Of a DNA stretch of 64,000 nucleotides, positions 26,101-36,747 are shown one piece after another (position 1 is the first letter of the stretch; every line of letters starts with the position of its first letter). The position numbers and the translations under genes were made by a program. The DNA is taken from the NCBI GenBank assembly GCA_050273025.1, contig CP158635.1, forward strand, positions 26,846,001 through 26,910,000. Reading direction: 5' to 3'. The notes under the pieces are model-generated. The model saw only the letters and a program-made list of their open reading frames with translations. It was not told the DNA's origin and did no database searches. Source of the stretch: Cenococcum geophilum. Its lineage: Eukaryota.

Positions 26101-26527
26101 GATGACCTCAGGGTGACTTCGGCGTATTTTGAGAAGCACCAGTAATATTACCACATCACGATGAGTTCAGTTTCAGAAAGCGAAATTCTTTACGTGCTGG
26201 ACAAGACCTCTACGGGCGAATCCCTGAGGTGTCGCTCTCAGCGTTTGAAAGCTTTCTTTTTTGAAATCTTTTTAGCCTTGCTCTGTATAATCTTTTTGTC
26301 GTTTTGGGAGCCAATTGATTGGTGTCGATTTTTACTTTATTTCACCTCCAGGTACCTTAATATAGATGCGTGCATGTCCATCAATGTCTACGCGGCGCAG
26401 GCCGACTTCTCTTTTCTTAGAGTACGATTAGACCAGAATCTCCATAGTATATGTAAAAGGAGTTGATTCGACCTATGAGTAACATGGCGTGAAGTGTAGC
26501 TGATTGAGAATCTTTAAATCTTTCCTT

Positions 26528-28503
26528 TCAAACTTCAAAAACGCCTCCAATACCTGCTCTAATATCCACAATATCAATTCTCCAATTCTCCCACGATTTC
26601 AGTCCCCTCTTAACCTCCCTCACCCTCTCAACCCTCTTTCTCGCTTCTTCCTCTTGCGCAGCACGGAACGTCTCCTCATCAAATTCAAAATCGTCATCAT
26701 CGTTCAACAGGCCCAGACTTTGCTTCCTAGGCGCACTGCGTGCTCCGACAGACCCACGATGCGGCTGGCCTGTAAAGGCGCTGATACCACTGCTAATGAC
26801 GTCCTGGAAGCTGCTTCCGCGCGCAGTGCCGCGGCGAGGCGACTGGCCGCCGGACAGGTCGACCTCGTCGAAACCGGAATTGCTAGGTCCAGCCAAGGCC
26901 TCCTCGATGGCAGGTTGAATCTCGCGCCTCCGATCACGCCAGACGCCGCGCCGCAGCTCGAACACCTCCTCTTCCAGCTCCCGGACGCGGGAGGCCAGCC
27001 TCTCGCGCTCCTCGTCCACAAGCTCCTGCACGCCGCCGTCATCGATGCCCTGCGCCTCCGCCTTCCGCCTCCGCTGCTCCGCCTCCCTGAGTCGCGCGTT
27101 CTCGTTGCCCAGGCCCGTCACGCGTGTCCGCAGCTCCGCGACCTCGCGCTCCGTCTTCTGCGTCTCCCGCTGCCGCGTGTGCGACCGCGCGTCCGACTCG
27201 CGGTGCAGCGTCGTCAGCGTCTCGACCTTCTTCTCCAGCAGCTCCGCCCGCTGCGCCGCGTCGTCCGCCTTGCGCACTGCGGCCGCGAGCTCGGCGTCCA
27301 GCTGCGCGATGCGCGTTTCCGCCGAGCTGCGCGAGCTGCCTTCCTTCACTGCGCGCTCGCTTGCGCGCTCGAGGTTCTTTTTCAGGTCGGAGAGCTCGCG
27401 CGCGGATGCTGCGGCGGATTGTTCGGCTTTTGCGAGGGCGGATTCGAGCGCGCTGGTTTGGGTGAGCTGGGTGGAGTTTACGGTTGCGGATTGCGTAAGT
27501 TGGGCGTGGAGGTTGGAGATTTCGAGTTCGAGGGACTCGATGGTGGCGGATTTCGAGGCGAGTTGTACGGCGAGGTCTTCTGGTGTGGGGTGGGAGGGGG
27601 AGGAAGCCGAGATGCGGCGTGATTTTGTGGTTTGGGTCTGGAGGTGCGCGTTCTGGCGTTGGAGGGATTGGACTTCGGATTTCTAGATACAAACGTCAAG
27701 TTAGCATTTCATAGTGATAGAGTGCAATCCTAGACAGGTGTGGGAAAGGACGATAGAAAAGCAAGGAACCATACCAACTTTTCCACTTCCTCTCCCTTCG
27801 TAGCAACTTGATCAGCCTTCGACTTCAGCTCTGCGACCTCCCCACTAGCTTCCCTAAGCTCTTCCAACTCCTCTTCAGTTTTCTTCCATCGTGCCTCTGC
27901 TTCGGAGGACTCCGTGTGTAGCCGCTTGTTCTCCTTTTCCAGCTCCTCAATCCGCAGCGCCTGCTTCCTGTAAATATCACCCACAGCATCACCACCCGGA
28001 CTCAGAGGAGGAAGCGTCGGAGATTTCAGTGTAGGAGATAGTGGTGACCGGAGCCTGGATTCAAGGGTGATAGAGGGCTGGCGAGCATGCGGTGGTTTCG
28101 TGGCTTCGGGAGCCTCCTCTACCTCTTTTTCCTCACCAGGAGCTTCAGCGTCTTCACCCGCTTCCTCGGCTTTATCGGTGGATGCTGAGGCTTCAGCTTC
28201 AGCTTCGGCCTTGTCGTCTTTCTTCTTTGCTGCGCCGCCAGCCTTTTTAGCCTTTTGCTTCTTCAATTGCTCGTACTAAATAATGTTCCTATATTAGCCA
28301 TATCGATTCTATGTAAGTGACCGCATTTTTACATCTAAATCGACTAAAAGGTCCATGGGCATCCATAAACCAAGCGGAGAGCGCGAGAGAGTTGCAGCGT
28401 TGAGCTGCGCCAGGGGAGATATATGTCCAGTATGGGGCTCACGTACACGTTTCTTGGCTGCAGCAACCTTTTCAGCCTTCTCTTTGTCTTCTGCTTCCGT
28501 CAT
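26528..28503 (-). CDS. Conserved-type fungal coiled-coil protein (~570 aa); exons 28503-28447, 28275-27775, 27682-26528
   Basis: Introns GTACGT..GCTAAT..TAG and GTATGG..GCTAAC..TAG keep the frame. N-terminal AEKVAAAKKR motif, long heptad-rich regions, C-terminal WENWRIDIVDIR...GGVFEV. Confidence 0.85.
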
Positions 28504-29442
28504 ATTGGTAGTTGAAGATGGTGCTTACCTCGAGGAATGGAGCTTCGAGACGGACCAATGATGCCAAGTGTTCGAGTATTGGGACATCACGTGAAGGGAA
28601 TGTAGCTTTTGGATGTTAAGCCTCAGGCGACACAGATTTGTCTTGCCAATAGTCCTGCACTTATTTCTGTGCTCTGATATTATTTTAAATCTATTATAAG
28701 TACGATTTAGGGTATATTACAGATCATAGCGAAGCACATGTTCATTTCAGGTCGGAGAAGCACAAATATCAAAGAGTGTTATATATTGCATTGCTGCCAA
28801 CCATCTCCCAAACCTACTTAGTGTGTTCCTCTAGATGCAAAGATGCTAGAAGATGAGTTCCTCCAACTAAATCGCTCAGGAAACAAAGCCGCCAACGTGC
28901 GAAGACAATCAAAAAGTAGTTATTGAATCAAGATCGCCGCCATATCGAGCAAAAAAGTAAAGTTTTCATACGATAGCAATCGCTGAGTGTGCGCTGAAGA
29001 AGCGCGAAGGCTTTCTGCCTTCCCAGGAAATGACAGACGCCGTGAGAATGTGTGGAAAAAGGAAAAGGTTAATGTAGTCTGCCATGTGTTTCAAATGTTC
29101 CCATACTCCCCTCCATATCCCAAATACCCTACCAGAACCTCCAAAGCCAAAGGGCTAGGTAAGTATCTAGATACAGAAAGAAGTTTGTTTGAGAGAAAGA
29201 ATCTCGTACTCTGATGCGTATCACGCCGTTTGTGACATGGAAGGTAAACCGTGCGCCATTACAAAATTCGTAGTCTCGCTGAGTGTTCCACGTCGTACGA
29301 GTAAAACCAAAGAAAATATCCGTCATATCATGCCATCAACATAGGTTAGCGAAGAAGCCAACCTCGAATCCTGGTAGACTAAAGTTTCGCGTAGGTGTAG
29401 AACCAATCAGAGAGTGGTTATTCGGAGAGTAGAGTAATCACA

Positions 29443-32262
29443 TCAACTACGAGATGATGAATCTTTCGACTTCCAGAACTGCATCATCCTGCTTAGTCGC
29501 TTGTGCTTCTTCGTCTTGGGGTCCTTGACCGGCTCAAGATGCTCCGAATGAGGCCTCTGCTCAATCGAAAGCTTACTCTTTTCACCAAACGAGGAGCCAT
29601 TGATAAGCCTCGAAAGACTGGCAATACTTGAGCGTTTCCTGCGACGCTGATCGGAGATGTCACTAGGAACAGAGCATAGCGAGGAGGACCTCTCCCCTGG
29701 ATTACGTGGGCTTATCATTGGGAAGGTGTTGTGCAGAGCACTAGTCATGGTCGATCTACTGCTCGTCAAAGATGGCACATCATCGACAGAGACCCGAAGC
29801 TCAGGTCCTGGCTCGCCGAAATGGACAGAATTGATAGTGCGATAATCGGTGACAGAAGATGCAGCAGTACCAAGGCGCGGATTATCGAAAGAGGTTTGAC
29901 TGGATCGGAAGTCCGGCGACGAAAATGACGAGTTCGTGAAGGTGTCAGGAGTCATGAGATTATGTTGCGGAAGAGGAAGCGTCAGGTTCATTACATGCTG
30001 TGGCTCTTTCGTGTCGTCTCCAGATACTGTTGGCGTAATAGTCGAATCAGAAGATCGGGTAAGGGAAGAAGTACGTGGTTCTTCAAAATCCTCTACAACC
30101 TCTACTGGACTAATGTCCATAGATTGCCTAGACATCCTACGGTCTGATGACACAGGAGTTGCCTCTCGTACCTTGGGAACTTCCAGAGGGACAGGCTCTT
30201 CAATAGAAGCGCGCTTCTGTACTTTTTCACCCTGCCTGATTCCAAGTCCGTCGTCAAAATTCCAGTTAATTGCTGATCCATTGTGTACATCATCTGCATC
30301 AACAACCTGGATCCCAATACTGGGCTCCTCTACCTCCTCTTCAGTTTCAGTCACAGTATCCGTGGGCACTGCGGCCTTCTCCTCAGTCATCGCAGAATCT
30401 TCCTCTTCCTCTTCCTCCTCTTCAAATACATCAGCCATTGTTATAGTATTGGCAATAGTTGCAGCTCTCAACTCGAATGGCACGAGTTCAGGCGCACTCT
30501 CTGTTCGGCGGTGATTCTGAATTATGCCTCCCGCGCTGTGCATCGTCCGCCTAGCTACTGAGTATCCGCGACCATGTCCTCGCGCATTGGGACCGAGAGG
30601 AGTATTGAAAGGGCCAAGAGCTGCATCCAAGTCAATTACAGGACTCATGGCATCTGAATCGTGACGCGTAAATTCTCTCGGTTTCCATGAGGCGATGTCG
30701 GTCCCGAGTCTGGGTCTCTGATTTTCATCGGCTGGCGGGGAGACGATCGTGACAGTGTTATCAACATCGAAGTCAGCTTCAAATTCAAGGTCTTCAGAGT
30801 CTTCCTCTGCGGCAGGCGAAACTTGAGGAGGCGGTGTTGCAGTTCGGCTTTTCACCTTATGGCTCTGACGGCGCCCTTTCCGAGAGATAATTGAATTAGC
30901 CCAGGATTTGACTTTACGTGGTTTTCTAGGCGCCTTTCGCTGAGTTGACTTCGGCTTCTCTGTGGCAGTTTCCGACGCCTCTACTTCGTCTGGGACTTTA
31001 GCTGGAGACGCAGGTGGAGTCTCGCCTGTAGATAACAGGGAAGGTTCGGAGGCGCTGGATTGAAGGGGAGATGGTAGGGGGATTGAAGGGTCGGCGCGAC
31101 GTTGGTCTAAACGGAAGAAGCTCCGCCGCTTTGCTGGGATGCGTGGTGTGACGGGGCTGCCAGCCGATACCGGTGAGTTCGGTGCCACGGCTGACATTGG
31201 CCGCTTACGACTGAATAATTCCCCGCCAAACCCGCCGCTTCTGTCTTTCATATCCAGTACCGCGCCAGCTGTGCTCGGCCTACTTTCGTCCTCAAAAGTG
31301 GTGTTGAGTGATGGGCGAGCCATTCGCGCTGAAGGGGGACTTGCCGCCCCCGAGCTGATTACCGAAGAGAGACTACCAGAAACCGAATGACCGCGAATGG
31401 TGGAAAGTGAACTCTCGGTTTCAGATGAGATTGTGGAAAGCGGGCGAATATATTCCACTCTATCAGAGAACCCAACTCGTGTTCTTGATGGTGGTCTTCT
31501 GGGTGACGAATCGTCTTGAAATAGTCCACTGTCTTTCATGGATGCTGAATGTAAGGATGGCTGAGACACCGATTTATTCATAGAATGCGCAAAGAAGGGT
31601 TTAATGTCATTCTCCATGGGAGTAGCTGGAGCACTGCCAGACCGAGTTGAAGCATTCCCATCAGTTGGTTGAAGGATTGAGGACAGATCGTGAGAGGAAA
31701 TGGCACCGGAACGACGATGGGCATGGCCACGCCTGCCAGCTGGAGGACCGGACCGGAGTCCAGCACTGGGCGGAGGTAGAACGCTTTCGCCTTTTGTTGG
31801 ACTCGAGCTCAAAAGACCAATGCCACCTGACCTGGCATCGCCACCGATGAGCTCGCTTCCACCTCGTCGATGACCAATGTTTCTCGAAGGCGTAGTAGGT
31901 GTGGTAGCTATGGGTGAATGCGGAGGCGTTGTTGCTGTTGCTGTTACTGTCAAAGGTCTGCCAGTTCCTGAAGGATTAAAACTGAAATCTGGTAAAGCAC
32001 TGATGGATTTCTGTTGCCGCATTCCTCCGGAAGAGCCACGTTTCGAAGTTGGCAGTGCCTGGAGAGACATTGGGCGCCTGCTTGAATTGGTGTTGGAGTC
32101 CGAGGAGTTTGGTGTTGGCTGAGGAAAGACGAAATCGGGATTTGGGATGAGCTCGACCGGGCCGGACGTGGAAGGGTTTCTTCGCTGGTAGAGAGGTGTG
32201 CCCATGCCCACAGCCTCCGGCGCCTGAGTAACCTGTTGTCGTGGCAGAGCTATTTCGGCCAT
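29443..32262 (-). CDS. 939-aa Ser/Pro-rich, largely disordered protein of unknown function
   Basis: Single long ORF with short motif-like islands RRGHAHRRSGAISSHDL, RVGF (RVxF-type), SPVIDLDAALGPF and HRRTESAP. Confidence 0.9.
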   Translation of the reverse strand: MAEIALPRQQVTQAPEAVGMGTPLYQRRNPSTSGPVELIPNPDFVFPQPTPNSSDSNTNSSRRPMSLQALPTSKRGSSGGMRQQKSISALPDFSFNPSGTGRPLTVTATATTPPHSPIATTPTTPSRNIGHRRGGSELIGGDARSGGIGLLSSSPTKGESVLPPPSAGLRSGPPAGRRGHAHRRSGAISSHDLSSILQPTDGNASTRSGSAPATPMENDIKPFFAHSMNKSVSQPSLHSASMKDSGLFQDDSSPRRPPSRTRVGFSDRVEYIRPLSTISSETESSLSTIRGHSVSGSLSSVISSGAASPPSARMARPSLNTTFEDESRPSTAGAVLDMKDRSGGFGGELFSRKRPMSAVAPNSPVSAGSPVTPRIPAKRRSFFRLDQRRADPSIPLPSPLQSSASEPSLLSTGETPPASPAKVPDEVEASETATEKPKSTQRKAPRKPRKVKSWANSIISRKGRRQSHKVKSRTATPPPQVSPAAEEDSEDLEFEADFDVDNTVTIVSPPADENQRPRLGTDIASWKPREFTRHDSDAMSPVIDLDAALGPFNTPLGPNARGHGRGYSVARRTMHSAGGIIQNHRRTESAPELVPFELRAATIANTITMADVFEEEEEEEEDSAMTEEKAAVPTDTVTETEEEVEEPSIGIQVVDADDVHNGSAINWNFDDGLGIRQGEKVQKRASIEEPVPLEVPKVREATPVSSDRRMSRQSMDISPVEVVEDFEEPRTSSLTRSSDSTITPTVSGDDTKEPQHVMNLTLPLPQHNLMTPDTFTNSSFSSPDFRSSQTSFDNPRLGTAASSVTDYRTINSVHFGEPGPELRVSVDDVPSLTSSRSTMTSALHNTFPMISPRNPGERSSSLCSVPSDISDQRRRKRSSIASLSRLINGSSFGEKSKLSIEQRPHSEHLEPVKDPKTKKHKRLSRMMQFWKSKDSSSRS

Positions 32263-35200
32263 GATGAAGCAAATTGCTGGTCAACTGATACTGCTGCGAC
32301 GCGGTCGGGAAGCCGTGTCGAGATTGCGGATTGTACAGCCAGACGTCGCAGCGATCTGCTGGCCCCGGATGGTGAGATTTGTGCCGACGATCCAGGTACC
32401 GTCAATTAGGATATAATGGATATTGCGTGGTTGGACGGGACGGGAGGGTGCAGCGGTGGTACGAAGGTGAGCGCAGAGGGCTCCCCGGAAAAGACGAAAC
32501 AAGCGCTAAACGAGTACAAAGTGCTGATGCGATTACTTTGTGTACGAGAAGATAGTTAGCATGTATGGCGGGAGGCAGGGCCGACCTGGCGGTGGGGCGA
32601 AGTATCTGGGAGTCTCTTACAATATGGTGAAGTAGTAGTGGAAGCAAGTAACTCGTCTTCTGGGAACGAGGGCTCACAAGAAGGAATGACAGGGGGGGAA
32701 ATGAGCGGACGGCTTCACACGATCGACGGACAGCAGGAGGAAGCCAGGCTGTCCAGCGCGATCAATGGGCCTTGGAGGGGTGAGAGCAGAAGATGAGGAG
32801 GAAGAGGAGGGCGGAGCTGGGCGCGCTTTGAGAGGGTTGCTAGAGTGAAGAGTAGCGACAGCAGTAGCGACAGTATCGAGTCAAATTCACTAGCGACCGG
32901 GGCACTTGGGGCGGTCACGCGGCAGGGATCATGCCACTCATCTACGCTCAAAGAAGCATAACGCCCTGCATGCACTTCTCTTGCAGCAAAATCCGCCGAA
33001 GACCACTCATCTCTGGGGAAGACGCCTCCTAACAAAACTGCCTCTTGCCAGCTCCGTCACAGGGTGCGGTGGGTGCCTGGTGCTCTGGGTGTGCTTTGGG
33101 GGAATGTGCTCGGGAGGGCACACTCAGGCAGATCCCATGTGCAGGTCAAGATAATCTCTCTTCTCCAGCCACTGCACCCAATTTCTGGTGTGCAAGTCGT
33201 CTCTCGCTCACTTCGGAGATCTCGGCCGTCATTTCGCCTTGCACCTACGCTCGAGCCAGCGTTGCAATTCATCATTTTGTGGGCGAGCCTCCAGCCACCA
33301 ATCAATCCAGGCTCTCTGCCAGCACTGCCTGCAGACTCTTAAATTTCGAGTCGTGGATGATGCCATGCCATCTTTACGGCCACCTAGGTAATTCTCTGCT
33401 GCTAGTGCTGGTGATTCTGCTGCTGCTTCTGCTGCTGCACATTCCAGGATGGCGAGGATAAGGCCGTCTTTCGCATTGTCGCATTGTCGCATTGTCGCAT
33501 TGTCCACTTGCCTCCTTCTCGACTTCGGCCAGTCCGCCAGTGGGCTAAGTTACTACCAAGACTGCGAACACGATAATCTTCGCATCCTCACAAACACAGC
33601 AAGCGAGATGCCGAACAGGCTAGCGGCACTCTCTTTTGCATCTCAGATCTGTGCCAACAGCTTGGCATGCATGCTGGAAGCCGTCAAACCCCTTGACCAT
33701 CTTGCCTACATGACCCCCATACCAGGGCAACATAACAGGGTCCGGGGCGTCAGGAGTGCAGACTTGGAAATATTCTCGATGCCTCCCCGGTCACCCTCTC
33801 ACTTCCCAAAACGTTGCAGATGAAAGACAGGTCTCAAGCCAAGGGCTCCCGTCAGCTTCACCCGCTTCGCCTGTGCTTCCAGGGCCATGATAAGTCGTGT
33901 GTAAAGTCTAGGGCAACCCACCAGTGCTCCCTGATCAGCGACTCTCAATTTGCTCTGATTGTGACCTCGCTATCTATTGGCGCAAAGAGCGGGTGTTGGC
34001 AAAGTGCTAAGATCATCGCAACCCCCTGCATATGCCTTGCCCATTTGACGTCTAAAGGGTTCGCCAAACGCCATGTTCAGCCTCCAGATGACGGCGGGCA
34101 CCGTTTCAAACTGCTTGCCGGGAGCCCTTCGCGATCCTTTCATCAGGCCCTTCCCCGAGCATCCACGAGTAAAAATATCAGATCGATGCTCGAATATACG
34201 TTCTGGCCAGATCGTATCTCCATCTATGTTTGTTTACACGGTTCATTCGGCATTTCGTGTGTCTACCCCCACACCATCCCAATGCTCGCGATGTCGCCTA
34301 ATGCCCCACCCACAAAGCGCCGCGCACAAAAAATTTCGACAACACCCAAGCCCTATCTGCGTGCCCGCACCCGCCCATCGAAAGACACACATGCACGACA
34401 CCGCACCAGCACAACCTGCTAACGCTCTAGTTGCGCGACCTGCTTCACCAAATCTTCCGCGTTAAGCTTTCAGGTCAAGATGAAGCCACCACGCTGCACC
34501 GCATGACCACTTGCAGCGCGTTTGTCATGCATTGCGGCCGTCAGCATCTACACTGTCTCGAGCTCCACGCAGGGAAGCTTCCAGCAGTCACATGCATGCA
34601 ATTGAGATCCAGAGCCCTCAACGTATGTGAGATGGCCTGCGTTGGCATGATCTAGAGGATGACCCACTAAAGGGACCCTCTTCCAGGGGCTCCCCATCGA
34701 CCATGATTGGTATTGGGGTTGGCCACGATCCTCACCAGCATATCTTACTTAACACCACGTTTTGCCCCTTCACTTCCTGCGACGACGAATGCCTTTTGCG
34801 GGGTTTCTTTTCCGCTAGGAAAACAGGTCAAAAAGCAAAATCGTACAGCGCGTGAACGCCACAAATCATATGAGATATCCGGACCGCTAGAGCGGTCTGT
34901 GGAGAAAACGAGGCACGGGAGTCGATCCTCATTGCGCTTGTTGTTCCTTTTGGCGGGTGGTTCATGTCAGAGTACCTAATGAAAACCAACGGCAAATTGC
35001 GCTCGTTCCCTCTTTTAGCTGCCACACAGATGCCGACATGTATCTCCCCCACCACACTCAAACTGTGCTTTCCCAATCGCTGCATTATTTCGGCGGCCCG
35101 TCACTCCACTCCCGTCGTCTGGATACGGTCTTCCTGTCACTTCAAGCCTTGCGGATTTTGTCGTGACTCCCTATCTGACTTACTCTATTGATCACCTCCC

Positions 35201-36369
35201 TGACGCCTGTGGCTGGCTTACTCACGTCCGTTAATTGTCAACCAGCCCGCTCATCACCTGCCAGCCCGTGACATGCCCTCCCCTAAATTAAGCCTTGTGT
35301 CGATCTCTGGGATTTGCTGTTCCTAAAGAATTTGCCTTTGGTGCCAACCTATGGCTTGTATTTCCGATTAATTGCCAATTTGACACCAAACAGACTATTA
35401 CAACTTTTGAGACGAGAAAGAACGGCTTGTATACTGTGGCTGATCCCCATATATTGGTGCTCGTTCCTGGTACCTGAACTCCTTCCAATAGAATTCAGAG
35501 TTGTTTTCTTGGGTGCGCCGAGGTACCGATGCCCACTATTTCGCAACAACATTCTCTTTCCAGAAGCACTCAGCCAGCCCTGTGACGACCTTTTATTTTG
35601 GCCTGCTCGTCCACTCATCCCAGGGCAGCCAAAGATGACCGAGAAGCTGGCTGCTAGTACTCGGCCTTGAAACGCGTCAGCAGCGGCCGCGTCTTTCCGC
35701 CCGGCGCTCCCGCTGGGTGTTCTCACGGAAGCTGAAACGTCCTTCCGCAAGAACAACACACCACCACGGGGAAAAAGTTCCACAGCTAAATGCTACGTTA
35801 GAAAAGCCATAAGCGCTATTTCTCTTAGCTTCTAGGTGGAACGCAAGGAAAAAACAATGCCATCAATCCGATTACGATTATCGCTGGAGCAACTTACAAA
35901 AGTAGGCATAGCAGGCATTGTTATGTGTAAGCAAAGCGAGGGTTTTGTCGGAGGTTGGACCTACAATGGCAATAGGCAATTAGGTACAGCTTGTACGGCT
36001 TCCAATGCCCCCCCTCTGTGTGTGCGCGCGCAACACAGCGTTCTTGATTCGCCATTTTCCCCCAGGGTAGGACTCTACGTGTACTGTAGCGTTCTTCGTA
36101 ACCCTCGGAATGAAAGCTAGAGATTCTATGTGCTGCGAAACTAGAGATAATGAGACGTCATTGTCCACAGCTGATGTGGCAGCGTTGAAATCGGGAAGCG
36201 TTGGGTAAGCTCTAAGCCAGATGAGCCTATTCCGGTGAACACAGCGGAGCGATCTCTCTATTTGAATTAGAATATGGTGCGATGCACGCACTGGGACTAG
36301 GAGTTTCGCTGGCTTATGGAAGGACACGGGCTCCTGAACTGCGACCTTGCAGAAGTGGCTGTGCAATAC

Positions 36370-36519
36370 TGTCGGACTGAAAGTTCAGGTCAGGAAGACT
36401 CGTGTAAAGATTGATCTATGAAGAAAAGGGACTATATATACATGAGGTATGAGTCACAGGTAGGGGGGGGACCCCCCTCCCCGTATGACTCATAACTAAG
36501 CCACACTTGGCGTCTGACA
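36370..36519. mobile_element. Solo LTR (150 bp)
   Basis: TGTCGGAC...GTCTGACA termini, perfect 5-bp TSD AATAC; about 55 bp similar in inverted orientation to the solo LTR at 46267-46410. Confidence 0.85.
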
Positions 36520-36623
36520 AATACAACGTCTACCGGAGATTGTATTCTCTGCACCGAGGAAACTTTCAACTATAAATTTTTTTTAACAGAGTCTACATTA
36601 GTGATTAATAATCAAGCAACGAA

Positions 36624-36747
36624 GCTCAGATGGTGTAGTTGGTACGTCAGTCGTGAGTGGATCCTCATTTCAATATTGAAAAATTTCAACATTACTAACC
36701 AATCTCGCAGTAACACACTGAAGATCCTGAGTTTCTCGGTCTGAGTA
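36624..36747 (+). tRNA. tRNA-Val(AAC)-like gene or pseudogene interrupted by a 58-nt spliceosomal-type intron (36653-36710)
   Basis: Removing the insert gives acceptor stem GCTCAGA/TCTGAGT, anticodon arm TCAGT-CTAACAC-ACTGA, T stem CTGAG/CTCGG, discriminator A and a T5 run at 36753. The D and T loops are each about 4 nt short. Confidence 0.75.

Noticed and set aside
26504..27692. Overlapping 372-aa, 213-aa and 217-aa ORFs
   Set aside because: Alternative-frame shadows of a GC-rich coding exon of the coiled-coil gene.
36640..36720. Canonical 37/38 tRNA intron with a GTG or CGT anticodon
   Set aside because: No U33-anticodon-purine loop with a paired stem forms on the 5' side; only removal of 36653-36710 gives a proper arm, with AAC.
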